Shown in pieces: positions 47,888-55,005 of a DNA stretch of 57,328 nucleotides. The stretch's first letter is position 1, and each line of letters begins with the position of its first letter. The stretch is from IMG/VR virus record IMGVR_UViG_3300032208_000014, positions 1 to 57,328 of that record, one strand, 5' to 3'. A program made the position numbers and the translations under genes. The stretch is from a virus. Taxonomy: Duplodnaviria; Caudoviricetes. The notes beneath the pieces are model-generated. The model was given only the letters and a program-made list of their open reading frames with translations, was not told the DNA's origin and did not search any database.

Positions 47888-48093
47888 TGTATGAGGCGGC
47901 ATTACTTGCCTGCTTGATGGGCAACCCAAAACACTGCATGGAAGCAACGGATATCAGAGGACCTTATCCAACGGCTGAACAGTGCGAAGAACGATTGGTC
48001 GAAATGACTCGCGACACAATAAAAATGTGGAAGGAGTTTGGTGCGCCTATCTTAATTGTCCGCACAGGTTGTAAAGAAAGAAAAAGTATTTGA
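47887..48093 (+). CDS. Small Cys-containing protein
   Basis: Hydrophobic N-terminus, GPYPTAEQC motif. Confidence 0.6.
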   Translation: MYEAALLACLMGNPKHCMEATDIRGPYPTAEQCEERLVEMTRDTIKMWKEFGAPILIVRTGCKERKSI

Positions 48094-48118
48094 CTTGTTA
48101 AATCCTGGATATTATAAA
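48090..48118 (+). promoter_or_regulatory. Sigma70-type promoter
   Basis: TTGACT-17 nt-TATAAA, upstream of AGGAGG and the ATG at 48145. Confidence 0.75.
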
Positions 48119-48144
48119 CAAGTATAAATAGTCAGGAGGACAAT

Positions 48145-48327
48145 ATGACAATCAAACATGAAATCCGTAAAATGAAAGAAACTCGTGAAGATGAGAGCGG
48201 TATCACCTATCTATATAGCTTTGGCAGATACAAGTATCTCACATATAAAGAGGCCAAAGAGATAGAAGAGAAGTATCACATTTGTAAGTCTCAACTTTGG
48301 CAAGGTGAAAAGTTGATTTCATATTAA
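48145..48327 (+). CDS. 60-aa monocistronic hypothetical protein
   Basis: Own promoter, AGGAGG RBS and downstream terminator. Confidence 0.7.
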   Translation: MTIKHEIRKMKETREDESGITYLYSFGRYKYLTYKEAKEIEEKYHICKSQLWQGEKLISY

Positions 48328-48435
48328 AGAAAAGGGGCGGTTCTTCCGCCCCTTTCTCGTATAGTGTTTTTTGGATTTAACGACCCGCATCTTGAACCTC
48401 GGATCTCGGATCTTTATCGGGTTACGTTTTGCCAT
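48319..48435 (-). CDS. ArfA-like 38-aa peptide, not in the ORF track
   Basis: Manual translation MAKRNPIKIRDPRFKMRVVKSKKHYTRKGRKNRPFSLI; DP.F..RV.K.KK..Y.RKG resembles the ArfA core. Confidence 0.6.
   Translation of the reverse strand: MAKRNPIKIRDPRFKMRVVKSKKHYTRKGRKNRPFSLI
48326..48356. terminator. Bidirectional intrinsic terminator inside the ArfA-like ORF
   Basis: AAAGGGGCGG-TTCTT-CCGCCCCTTT stem; on the minus strand it is followed by TTTTCTTT. Confidence 0.85.
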
Positions 48436-48601
48436 ATTCCTTTCGGATAAGCACCGCCAACTGCCGTGCTATTGTCCGCTCCTCTTCCTCTGCTGCGCTG
48501 CGCAACAAATTATAGGCATCAATCGGGACAGCCACATTTCGGAACTGTGCCTTATTCTCAACAGGGGGTCTACCCCTTTTTACTGCTTGAACCGCTTCCA
48601 T
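48422..48601 (-). CDS. 59-aa ribbon-helix-helix-like DNA-binding protein, not in the ORF track
   Basis: Manual translation MEAVQAVKRGRPPVENKAQFRNVAVPIDAYNLLRSAAEEEERTIARQLAVLIRKEYGKT; ATG directly after the upstream TAA. Confidence 0.7.
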   Translation of the reverse strand: MEAVQAVKRGRPPVENKAQFRNVAVPIDAYNLLRSAAEEEERTIARQLAVLIRKEYGKT

Positions 48602-49163
48602 TTATGCCGCCTTTCTTGGTCTGCCGCGCTTTTTCTTTTTGTTTGCGTGGTACTTTTCCCGAGCCTTCCGATTTCTTTCCAGTCGGGCTTTTTCCTCTTG
48701 GTCGTATTCCGTTCCGAACAGGGCGTTCAACCCTGGCTCTAGCTCCCTTGCTAGTTGAGCGCGAGGGATGTTCCGAGCCTTCCCCCGTGTCTCGCGATGC
48801 GGATCCACATAAATCATCTTCTCTTGGTCGTACACGAGATCCATTTCGTCTATCATGTTCACTAAGTTTCTGATCATCCGCAGGTCGCAATCCTCCAGAA
48901 TGAACCTGACGCTTTTTCCGCGCAGCAGGTTTAGTGTGTCGTTTATGACATTCAGTTGTGTTGACATCCTTGTGCCTCCTTACTTCTACTTCGATATAAT
49001 ACCCATGATGACCATCGCCTCTCCTCGGCACGCTGGCTTGCTGGTCCAGCTGGTCAATCACGGCCTCCAACTCGGTGGGCTTACAGACCACCTCCTTCAC
49101 AATCGCTTTCCTGTTTGAGTACAGCGTAATTGTGAAATCTAATATTTTATTTTCGTTCTTCAT
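48570..49163 (-). CDS. Hypothetical protein; first ~65 aa plausible, remainder overlaps the next gene
   Basis: Start overlaps the upstream gene; no stop until 48570. Confidence 0.45.
   Translation of the reverse strand: MKNENKILDFTITLYSNRKAIVKEVVCKPTELEAVIDQLDQQASVPRRGDGHHGYYIEVEVRRHKDVNTTECHKRHTKPAARKKRQVHSGGLRPADDQKLSEHDRRNGSRVRPREDDLCGSASRDTGEGSEHPSRSTSKGARARVERPVRNGIRPRGKSPTGKKSEGSGKVPRKQKEKARQTKKGGINGSGSSSKKG
48602..48967 (-). CDS. Protein with MCP N-terminal-like peptide and C-terminal AT-hook
   Basis: AAGGAGG RBS; IPRAQLARELEPGLNALFGTEY; KKRGRPRK. Confidence 0.75.
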   Translation of the reverse strand: MSTQLNVINDTLNLLRGKSVRFILEDCDLRMIRNLVNMIDEMDLVYDQEKMIYVDPHRETRGKARNIPRAQLARELEPGLNALFGTEYDQEEKARLERNRKAREKYHANKKKKRGRPRKAA

Positions 49164-49356
49164 GTTTGTAGCTTGTTATTACACAATCATCAAGAACTAT
49201 TTTTTGATTACGAGGCAACTCATAGAGCCGCCACTGGTTTAGTTGAACATTACATTCTTGCACAGACTGGAAAGTTTTTGGATAAAATTCAGTCGTGCAC
49301 TTACTGTCGCCGCCAGCATAAACTGTGCAGACGAGTGCCATCGCTTTAACAATCAT
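49147..49356 (-). CDS. Small Cys-containing protein
   Basis: Hydrophobic N-terminus, FQSVQEC motif. Confidence 0.6.
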   Translation of the reverse strand: MIVKAMALVCTVYAGGDSKCTTEFYPKTFQSVQECNVQLNQWRLYELPRNQKIVLDDCVITSYKHEERK

Positions 49357-49582
49357 AATTATCGTCAGCCTCTGTATAACTTATAATTTTTAAATTTATG
49401 ACTTCGCTGTCCGTGGGGTGCAGTTCAGGATCTTCTTCAATCAGCTCAACTGCCTTCCCCATCGTTTCCGCCTTGACAATGAAATAGTGCGTACCATGAA
49501 CGATATATTCTTGGGCTACTAAAAATTCTTTCATAAAGTGCGCCGCCGTTGCATCGTGCGTTTTGTTATCGGACTGCCCCAA
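49346..49582 (-). CDS. Small hypothetical protein
   Basis: Part of an overlapping minus-strand gene chain. Confidence 0.55.
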   Translation of the reverse strand: MGQSDNKTHDATAAHFMKEFLVAQEYIVHGTHYFIVKAETMGKAVELIEEDPELHPTDSEVINLKIISYTEADDNYDC

Positions 49583-49701
49583 TCATTCTTCCGCCACTTC
49601 GCACCAACATCCTTGCGCAGCGGGGAGGCATACAGCTCTTCCCGCTTGCGCTTCAGATAGTTTTCAAATTCTTGGACGGTCATTTCAGCCGCTGTTTTCA
49701 T
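49531..49701 (-). CDS. Small hypothetical protein
   Basis: AAGGAG before ATG 49701 (MKTAAEMTVQEF). Confidence 0.5.
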   Translation of the reverse strand: MKTAAEMTVQEFENYLKRKREELYASPLRKDVGAKWRKNDWGSPITKRTMQRRRTL

Positions 49702-50008
49702 TTTCGCGCTCCTTGTCATAGTCCATCCATGATTTGACGATGGGGTCATCTTTTTTGATGTCCACAAAAATTTCCATCCTTACGGTATCGTCACTCCCAC
49801 AGTACGGGTCTTCCTTACTGTGTTCTTTCAACTTAGCCTTCCAATGACCATACGGAGCAAAGTGATCAAAAAAATCTGCCACATCTTCAAACGTGAGATA
49901 ATACATTCCGCACTCATGGTCGCGACAACTAGCTTTAATCACCTCAGTCGCACCGCCACGCCTTTGCGTAATTATCGCTTGATATGTGCTATGTGGTTCA
50001 TACGGCAT
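49685..50008 (-). CDS. Hypothetical protein
   Basis: GGAGAGG before ATG; in the gene chain. Confidence 0.6.
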   Translation of the reverse strand: MPYEPHSTYQAIITQRRGGATEVIKASCRDHECGMYYLTFEDVADFFDHFAPYGHWKAKLKEHSKEDPYCGSDDTVRMEIFVDIKKDDPIVKSWMDYDKERENENSG

Positions 50009-50216
50009 CCTCTCCATCCTCCCTTTTCAATATATCGCGGATCACATGAAACTCGGTGACCTTGCCATCGACCATCCATTCCAATTCCCTATCGGGTTGG
50101 GCTTTGCTTTCCCATATCTGGAACGCTTCTTCACGTTCGTCTGCGGCATCATCGCTGACCTGCATCTCGAACATATAGGTAACCTGTTCGGTCACCTCGA
50201 CCCTATATTTCCGCAT
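49998..50216 (-). CDS. Small hypothetical protein
   Basis: GGAGG before MRKYRVEV. Confidence 0.55.
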   Translation of the reverse strand: MRKYRVEVTEQVTYMFEMQVSDDAADEREEAFQIWESKAQPDRELEWMVDGKVTEFHVIRDILKREDGEDAV

Positions 50217-50427
50217 CTTCATCCTCCACATAGCCATCGCCATCGCACTTCTCGCAAGTGTCCATGTAGCCTTCGAGATAGCCACCGTTCATCCAATCAA
50301 CGACTGGACGTTCATATTCCACTTCACCATAGCCACCGCATTCAGGGCAGAGTTTCATCCCTGCCTGAATTTGTGCTGCGTGGTACTGCTCACGCCAATG
50401 TTTCGTGATGTCTGACAAATTGCCCAT
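50203..50427 (-). CDS. DnaJ-type zinc-finger protein
   Basis: CPECGGYG...CEKCDGDG. Confidence 0.7.
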   Translation of the reverse strand: MGNLSDITKHWREQYHAAQIQAGMKLCPECGGYGEVEYERPVVDWMNGGYLEGYMDTCEKCDGDGYVEDEDAEI

Positions 50428-50578
50428 CCTGGACCTCCAACTGCTCAAGTTCCATTAAACGCCTGACATCCTCCCAGACCCTAACGCACGACATACCATG
50501 CTTCGCGACCCACGCTTCTCGGCTCATGTCCATCGCGTCCTCTTCCATATCCATCAGCCATGCCTTGACTTTTCCCAT
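50390..50578 (-). CDS. Small hypothetical protein
   Basis: GGAGGT before MGKVKAWLMDMEE. Confidence 0.65.
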   Translation of the reverse strand: MGKVKAWLMDMEEDAMDMSREAWVAKHGMSCVRVWEDVRRLMELEQLEVQDGQFVRHHETLA

Positions 50579-50684
50579 TTTTACCTCCGTAAATTTGAAA
50601 CCAATGGTCAGTGCAGTACGCCCGATTTCCATCGAGCGCATCCGCCTTTTTATCGCATTTATCGCATTTTCTGATACTAAGCAT
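50481..50684 (-). CDS. Small zinc-finger-like protein
   Basis: CDKC...YCTDHW; GAGGGG RBS; 3' part overlaps the next gene. Confidence 0.5.
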   Translation of the reverse strand: MLSIRKCDKCDKKADALDGNRAYCTDHWFQIYGGKNGKSQGMADGYGRGRDGHEPRSVGREAWYVVR

Positions 50685-51813
50685 TCATCCCCCTCATCAA
50701 GTGACAGATAACATCAACCGTCCATCCATTACCAAGCATACGATACCGCTGGGTATTTGACACATGATTTGTGTAATTTTCTGGAACGGTCTGTAAACGC
50801 TCACATTCTAAAGGCGTAAGCTTACGCCATTGAAGCTGGTCAATGTCAGCCACAATGCTGTCCTTATATATGGTGGACAGACAATTCGACTTCTCATCTT
50901 CTCGCACCTCGACCCTTGATTTGAGGGGAATGGACTTGTCGTTATCTTTGCGCTTGCCATTCTCATCGAGCCTGCGTTTCACGATCCTCGCACCTCGAAG
51001 CAACACTTTTGGTTCAAGATTGCCACCAGATGCCGCGCACAAACTTGGGGCTTTGCCGTCTGGATCATAAACCCTGCGATTATAATCGTGACCCTTCAAG
51101 TCTGCGTGCCCAGCCAATATCAAGCCTGTGCCATCCAACTCCATGTCGAACACAAGCTGTCTGCGATTTTTCTGAAAATATGACTTCAGATTACCGCCCT
51201 TGAAATAGTTCGCATCTATGCAATGCGACTTGTCACGGTCAGTCCAGCCATCTTCGAGAATATCTTTGAGCATGATATTTCGGTTGCGTGGTGCACCCTC
51301 GACAGGGATGTTTGTCCAATACAGGCGGTCACGATTTTGCGCTGACACCAGATTAGAATTTATCCTGATAGGTTCGACCCCAAGCTGACTGGAAATTACA
51401 TCCTGATATTCCTGTTTCATATTAACATTCTCAAGCAGGAAATATTTTGGCTTCAACTCCCTCAACAGGCGCACATATTCAAAAAACAATTTACTGCGTG
51501 GGTCGTCAAAGTTCAGTTGCTTGCCAGCAAACGAAAACCCCTGACAGGGCGAACCGCCAATCAATATGTCTATCGTGTGTCGAAAGAAACCCTTTTCGAG
51601 GTCAACACCATTATGAGCGACACACAAACGCCCATCCTTGGTTTTAAGTTTGGTCACATCGCCCATGTGTATCGTGTCAGGATAATTGGCCTTCGCAACT
51701 TGGATTGCATATTTGTCAATTTCTGACGCGAAATAATTTTCGACCTTGAAGCCGCACCGCTCAAGAGCGATGCGACCACAAGACATTCCATCAAATAAAC
51801 TAAGAACGTTCAT
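50677..51813 (-). CDS. C5 DNA cytosine methyltransferase
   Basis: LSLFDG, GGSPCQGFS, LLENV, QNRDRLYW, ECERLQ, LGNGW. Confidence 0.9.
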   Translation of the reverse strand: MNVLSLFDGMSCGRIALERCGFKVENYFASEIDKYAIQVAKANYPDTIHMGDVTKLKTKDGRLCVAHNGVDLEKGFFRHTIDILIGGSPCQGFSFAGKQLNFDDPRSKLFFEYVRLLRELKPKYFLLENVNMKQEYQDVISSQLGVEPIRINSNLVSAQNRDRLYWTNIPVEGAPRNRNIMLKDILEDGWTDRDKSHCIDANYFKGGNLKSYFQKNRRQLVFDMELDGTGLILAGHADLKGHDYNRRVYDPDGKAPSLCAASGGNLEPKVLLRGARIVKRRLDENGKRKDNDKSIPLKSRVEVREDEKSNCLSTIYKDSIVADIDQLQWRKLTPLECERLQTVPENYTNHVSNTQRYRMLGNGWTVDVICHLMRGMNA

Positions 51814-52235
51814 GCCGCTCCCCTTCCATATTCTTCCATCATCTCATCGTGAGTGCCTTCCCAGATAGTTTCCCATTCAGTCGAACCATCCTTGTAATAT
51901 CTGGACTCTTGAACCTCGACACATAAAGCCTGAACACCATCTAAACGATTAAAGTAAATGGTGTAATAATAGTCGCACCAATGATGCTCCTCTAAAACAT
52001 CATCCTCACCATTCAAATGATTTGACACCAGCCGAACCTCGCCACCACGCTTATTCTTGTTGGCGGCAACAAACGCGGACGCAAATTCGTCCGCCTCGAA
52101 CCTCGGCAGTTTCCATGCGAAACCCTTCGCGGCCTCGATGAAATGAACCGCACCCTGCGGATAATTGTCGTAATGCTTGTACACAAAGCACTCGCCATCA
52201 CCATCCCGAAATTTATAAATTGCTCTAGTTCCCAT
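51810..52235 (-). CDS. Hypothetical phage protein
   Basis: ATGGAGG RBS; MGTRA...YKHYDNYP motif. Confidence 0.7.
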   Translation of the reverse strand: MGTRAIYKFRDGDGECFVYKHYDNYPQGAVHFIEAAKGFAWKLPRFEADEFASAFVAANKNKRGGEVRLVSNHLNGEDDVLEEHHWCDYYYTIYFNRLDGVQALCVEVQESRYYKDGSTEWETIWEGTHDEMMEEYGRGAA

Positions 52236-52419
52236 TTTCGTCCTCCATAGTATAATGAAACTTGAACCCCGAACCCGAACACTTGTGACAATCAACAACG
52301 TCACCATAGTTATCAGCCTCGAAACCGTGGCCGCAGCACCAATCACAGTACACACCAAACTCGATGCGTGAACCTTGAACCACGAGCCTTGTATCTTGAA
52401 CCTCGCTTACATAAGCCAT
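52225..52419 (-). CDS. DnaJ-type zinc-finger protein
   Basis: ATGGAGGT RBS; CDWCCGHG...CHKCSGSG. Confidence 0.65.
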   Translation of the reverse strand: MAYVSEVQDTRLVVQGSRIEFGVYCDWCCGHGFEADNYGDVVDCHKCSGSGFKFHYTMEDENGN

Positions 52420-52451
52420 TTTTACCTCCATGTAATAAGACTTTATATAAT

Positions 52452-52480
52452 ATACTACTACAAGACAACATAGGACACAA
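52452..52480 (-). promoter_or_regulatory. Promoter of the 52419-48319 operon
   Basis: TTGTGT-17 nt-TAGTAT on the minus strand. Confidence 0.6.
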
Positions 52481-52498
52481 GATATAATATGCAAATGT

Positions 52499-52785
52499 TT
52501 GTCACGTTTGTCACATATATAGAAGGATTTCCTGAAAAAAAAAAAATAAAAAAAATATTTCCAGACGGTGTGACAAGTGTGACAAGTGTGACAAGGGGGG
52601 TTAAACACATGAAAAACAACAATACTGCTTGTCACGTTTGTGTCACGTTTGTCACGGTACTAAGGGGGTTTTGGTATTTTCCCATATATATAGCTTGTGG
52701 AATTATGTCTAAGTTTTTGCTAAAACAGGGGGAGAAGTGTGACAAGTGTGACAAATTGAGAGGACAACCGTGACAAGTGTGACAA
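52499..52785. repeat. Iteron-like (GT)GTGACAA repeat block with A-tract
   Basis: 12 copies of GTGACA(A) in five clusters of mixed orientation with mostly 9-nt period; A-rich tract near 52535-52557. Confidence 0.85.
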
Positions 52786-53321
52786 CAATAGAAGAGGACG
52801 ACAAACAGGTAAATAATCGCCAGCGCGAATTTGCTCGTTATTATGTGGAGGGCATATATTCAAATGCTGAATGTGCTAGAAAAGCTGGTTACTCTCCTGC
52901 CTCTGCCATGTCGATGGCATCTAAATTATTGAACGGCTCATATGCTCCTCATGTTGTGGAGTATATACAAGAACTCCGACAGGAACGTGAAAGGCGATAT
53001 GGCGTGACCGTCATTGGTCAGCTGAAAAGACTGGACGAACTTTCGAGAGGGGCTGAAGATGCTGGTCAATTCTCAGCTGCAATCAACGCTGAAAAAATCC
53101 GTTCCGCTCTGGGTGGGTTGACTGTCGATAGACGAGAACAAATCCACCAGCTTGACGATATGACAAAAGAAGATATCGCCCTGCGGCTCAGTGAACTTCG
53201 GAAGCAATATCCGCAGGCGTTTATCGAGGGTACATATACGGAGAAAACGGATGCTAGAGAAAAACTTTTGGTCAGCAGTAAAGAAGAACCTGCCACCGAA
53301 ATCCTTTCCGACACGGATTGA
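52770..53321 (+). CDS. terS: Terminase small subunit
   Basis: RQREFARYYV...NAECARKAGYS...ASKLL...V.EYI HTH signature. Confidence 0.8.
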   Translation: MTSVTTIEEDDKQVNNRQREFARYYVEGIYSNAECARKAGYSPASAMSMASKLLNGSYAPHVVEYIQELRQERERRYGVTVIGQLKRLDELSRGAEDAGQFSAAINAEKIRSALGGLTVDRREQIHQLDDMTKEDIALRLSELRKQYPQAFIEGTYTEKTDAREKLLVSSKEEPATEILSDTD

Positions 53322-53712
53322 AAACAGGCATGGGGGTGGTGTTCCTGATGTTCATGTTGTGTGGGATTGTTTGCCCTTCTGGGTAGAATTAAAAGTAAGC
53401 AAAGGAAAGGGTGTAAATCTCTCGCCCCAACAAATTGCGTGGAATACCGCATATTCTCGTTGTGGAGGGGTTTCATTCATCTTGGTTAAAGGGACAAGGT
53501 CGGGCGACCTATTTTTATTTGAGGGCAGTCGGGCGGCTGAAATCGGGGAAATCGGGCTTGCAGCGGAACCTTTGTATCGGGGTCGGGACTGGACAGAGCT
53601 ATGGGACAGGGTTCGGGACTCGTGGTTCGGGGATCGGGGTTCCAGGGTCGGGGCTATCGGGTCGGGGGTCCAGGCCCAGGACTCACCAGTCCAAGGGGTC
53701 AGTATGAACTGA
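53251..53712 (+). CDS. VRR-NUC / Holliday-junction-resolvase-like nuclease
   Basis: E..FW, RIEN...GVPD, WVELK, LSPQQIAW; C-terminus is encoded by a G-rich repeat. Confidence 0.75.
   Translation: MLEKNFWSAVKKNLPPKSFPTRIENRHGGGVPDVHVVWDCLPFWVELKVSKGKGVNLSPQQIAWNTAYSRCGGVSFILVKGTRSGDLFLFEGSRAAEIGEIGLAAEPLYRGRDWTELWDRVRDSWFGDRGSRVGAIGSGVQAQDSPVQGVSMN
53579..53668 (+). repeat. G-run cluster of TCGGG units
   Basis: About 10 GGG runs within 90 nt. Confidence 0.75.
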
Positions 53713-53884
53713 CCTCTCGGAGGATCTTGATCAGCTGGTCGGGAGTGTCCGCAGCGAGAGTGTTGTCGTGCTCCCCTACGTTGTTATCGAAAATGACCAC
53801 ATGGTAGCGGTCACCTTCATAGTTTTCTGTCACCTGGACCTGCCACCCATTAGGCAGGTCCGCGTCAAATGCAAGGTCGGTCAT
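53699..53884 (-). CDS. Small early protein
   Basis: GGGAGG RBS, ATGA coupling. Confidence 0.6.
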   Translation of the reverse strand: MTDLAFDADLPNGWQVQVTENYEGDRYHVVIFDNNVGEHDNTLAADTPDQLIKILREVSSY

Positions 53885-54090
53885 TCAAATGCCTCCCTTG
53901 CTATCTGTCTTAGTTTTGCTGCGTGCTTCCTTTCCTCTAAGGTCGCTTCCCTTGCCTGATCATCCCATTCGAGAAGATCCTCTAAACTATCAAAGCCTAG
54001 ATCCGCGTCTTTTGGATCAGGCGTGTCTGTTAACGTGCCATCCGGCTGTAGGTAAAAAGGCCAGCTGTCACTCATTACATACATTTTCAT
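53881..54090 (-). CDS. Small early protein
   Basis: GGAGG RBS, ATGA coupling. Confidence 0.6.
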   Translation of the reverse strand: MKMYVMSDSWPFYLQPDGTLTDTPDPKDADLGFDSLEDLLEWDDQAREATLEERKHAAKLRQIAREAFE

Positions 54091-54689
54091 TTTACCGCCT
54101 CCACAATTTGAGAAACTCCGTTATTAGGAATGTAGCAAAGCAAACAGTCTTTGCATTTTTGACCTGTGCAATTCTGCACTGTCTCACTGTCAGGTGACAC
54201 GTTGTTAAATGTTCTGTCGAAGAATCGCGGTGGTGTGTCCATAACCGCATCAATGCGCGGATTGGAATAGATAAGGATTAAATTGTCCGGCTTGTCGTTC
54301 TGTAAATAGAACTTGCGGATGAATCCCTTGCGCTTAGTCCATAGCGCGAACTTTGTATGCGGATTGTGTAACGCGATGTTGTGCAAGTTTTCAAGATGCG
54401 TCATATTGATTAATTCGCCATGACCTTGAAACCGAACAAACGCTTGTAGGAATGTTGGCAATAAATGAGTTGGAATGATGCCAAGTGATAAAGCTTGGCT
54501 ATTCCGTTCCCATGCCGGAATGCATCCCTTGCGGAATGTTTCTAACATCTCGACTGAATAGCATTTTGTGCAGATGATATCATCCGAGCCGCACGCGTGC
54601 ATTTTTTGGCAATAAGGATTCGATAGCGTGTTAGTATTAACAGCTTTGAAATCCTCAAGCTTGCCTGTCATATTTGAAATTGTAAGCAT
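54087..54689 (-). CDS. Gp88-like Cys-rich (radical-SAM-related) protein
   Basis: C...ICTKCY, VRFQGHGEL, WTKR, NLIL, C...C..C..CY. Confidence 0.6.
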   Translation of the reverse strand: MLTISNMTGKLEDFKAVNTNTLSNPYCQKMHACGSDDIICTKCYSVEMLETFRKGCIPAWERNSQALSLGIIPTHLLPTFLQAFVRFQGHGELINMTHLENLHNIALHNPHTKFALWTKRKGFIRKFYLQNDKPDNLILIYSNPRIDAVMDTPPRFFDRTFNNVSPDSETVQNCTGQKCKDCLLCYIPNNGVSQIVEAVK

Positions 54690-54718
54690 TTAACCCTCCA
54701 TAGTTTTGCTTATAATTT

Positions 54719-54748
54719 AGTTTACCATATCCAGGATGATAAAAACAA
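54719..54748 (-). promoter_or_regulatory. Early promoter
   Basis: TTGTTT-18 nt-TAAACT with extended TG. Confidence 0.6.
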
Positions 54749-54760
54749 GTAAAAAGATAT

Positions 54761-54804
54761 TCGGGTCGGGCAGCACTAAGACCGGGGTCGGGGTCGGGGT
54801 CGGG
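54761..54804 (+). repeat. (GGGGTC)n tract, G-quadruplex-compatible
   Basis: GGGGTCGGGGTCGGGGTCGGG at 54784-54804 plus TCGGGTCGGG at 54761. Confidence 0.8.
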
Positions 54805-54807
54805 ATT

Positions 54808-54838
54808 AAAAATAGCCCAGGAGCTGCAGCCCCTGGGC
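54808..54838 (-). terminator. Intrinsic terminator
   Basis: GCCCAGGGGCTGCAGCTCCTGGGC-TATTTTT on the minus strand. Confidence 0.8.
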
Positions 54839-54899
54839 CTCTTGTTATATGGAGGACTAACAAGAATTATTAACATATACACCTGGACCAGCTGCGCAG

Positions 54900-55004
54900 T
54901 CAATCATCAAACTTAATCGCGTAGATGAGACTGGAGATAATGGCGACTAGATAAAAGATAACCAGCCCGATGTTGATCAGGCTGGTTATATCAAAGTTGT
55001 TCAT
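54900..55004 (-). CDS. 34-aa single-TM peptide, not in the ORF track
   Basis: Manual translation MNNFDITSLINIGLVIFYLVAIISSLIYAIKFDD; ATG 1 nt after the upstream stop. Confidence 0.55.
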   Translation of the reverse strand: MNNFDITSLINIGLVIFYLVAIISSLIYAIKFDD

Positions 55005-55005
55005 G

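Noticed and set aside
48371-48873. Plus-strand track ORFs 48371-48742 and 48466-48873
   Set aside because: Antisense shadows of a coupled minus-strand gene chain, downstream of a terminator and without an RBS.
52420-52773. Track ORF 52489-52773 and the 5' extension of 52225-52635
   Set aside because: These are translations of the repeat block and A-tract (VTSVTS, CHTCHT, poly-F/K); the RBS supports a start at 52419.
52499-52785. CRISPR array or CRP sites
   Set aside because: Units are 7-9 nt, mixed in orientation and lack unique spacers; no cas genes. TGTGA halves are not arranged as TGTGA-N6-TCACA.
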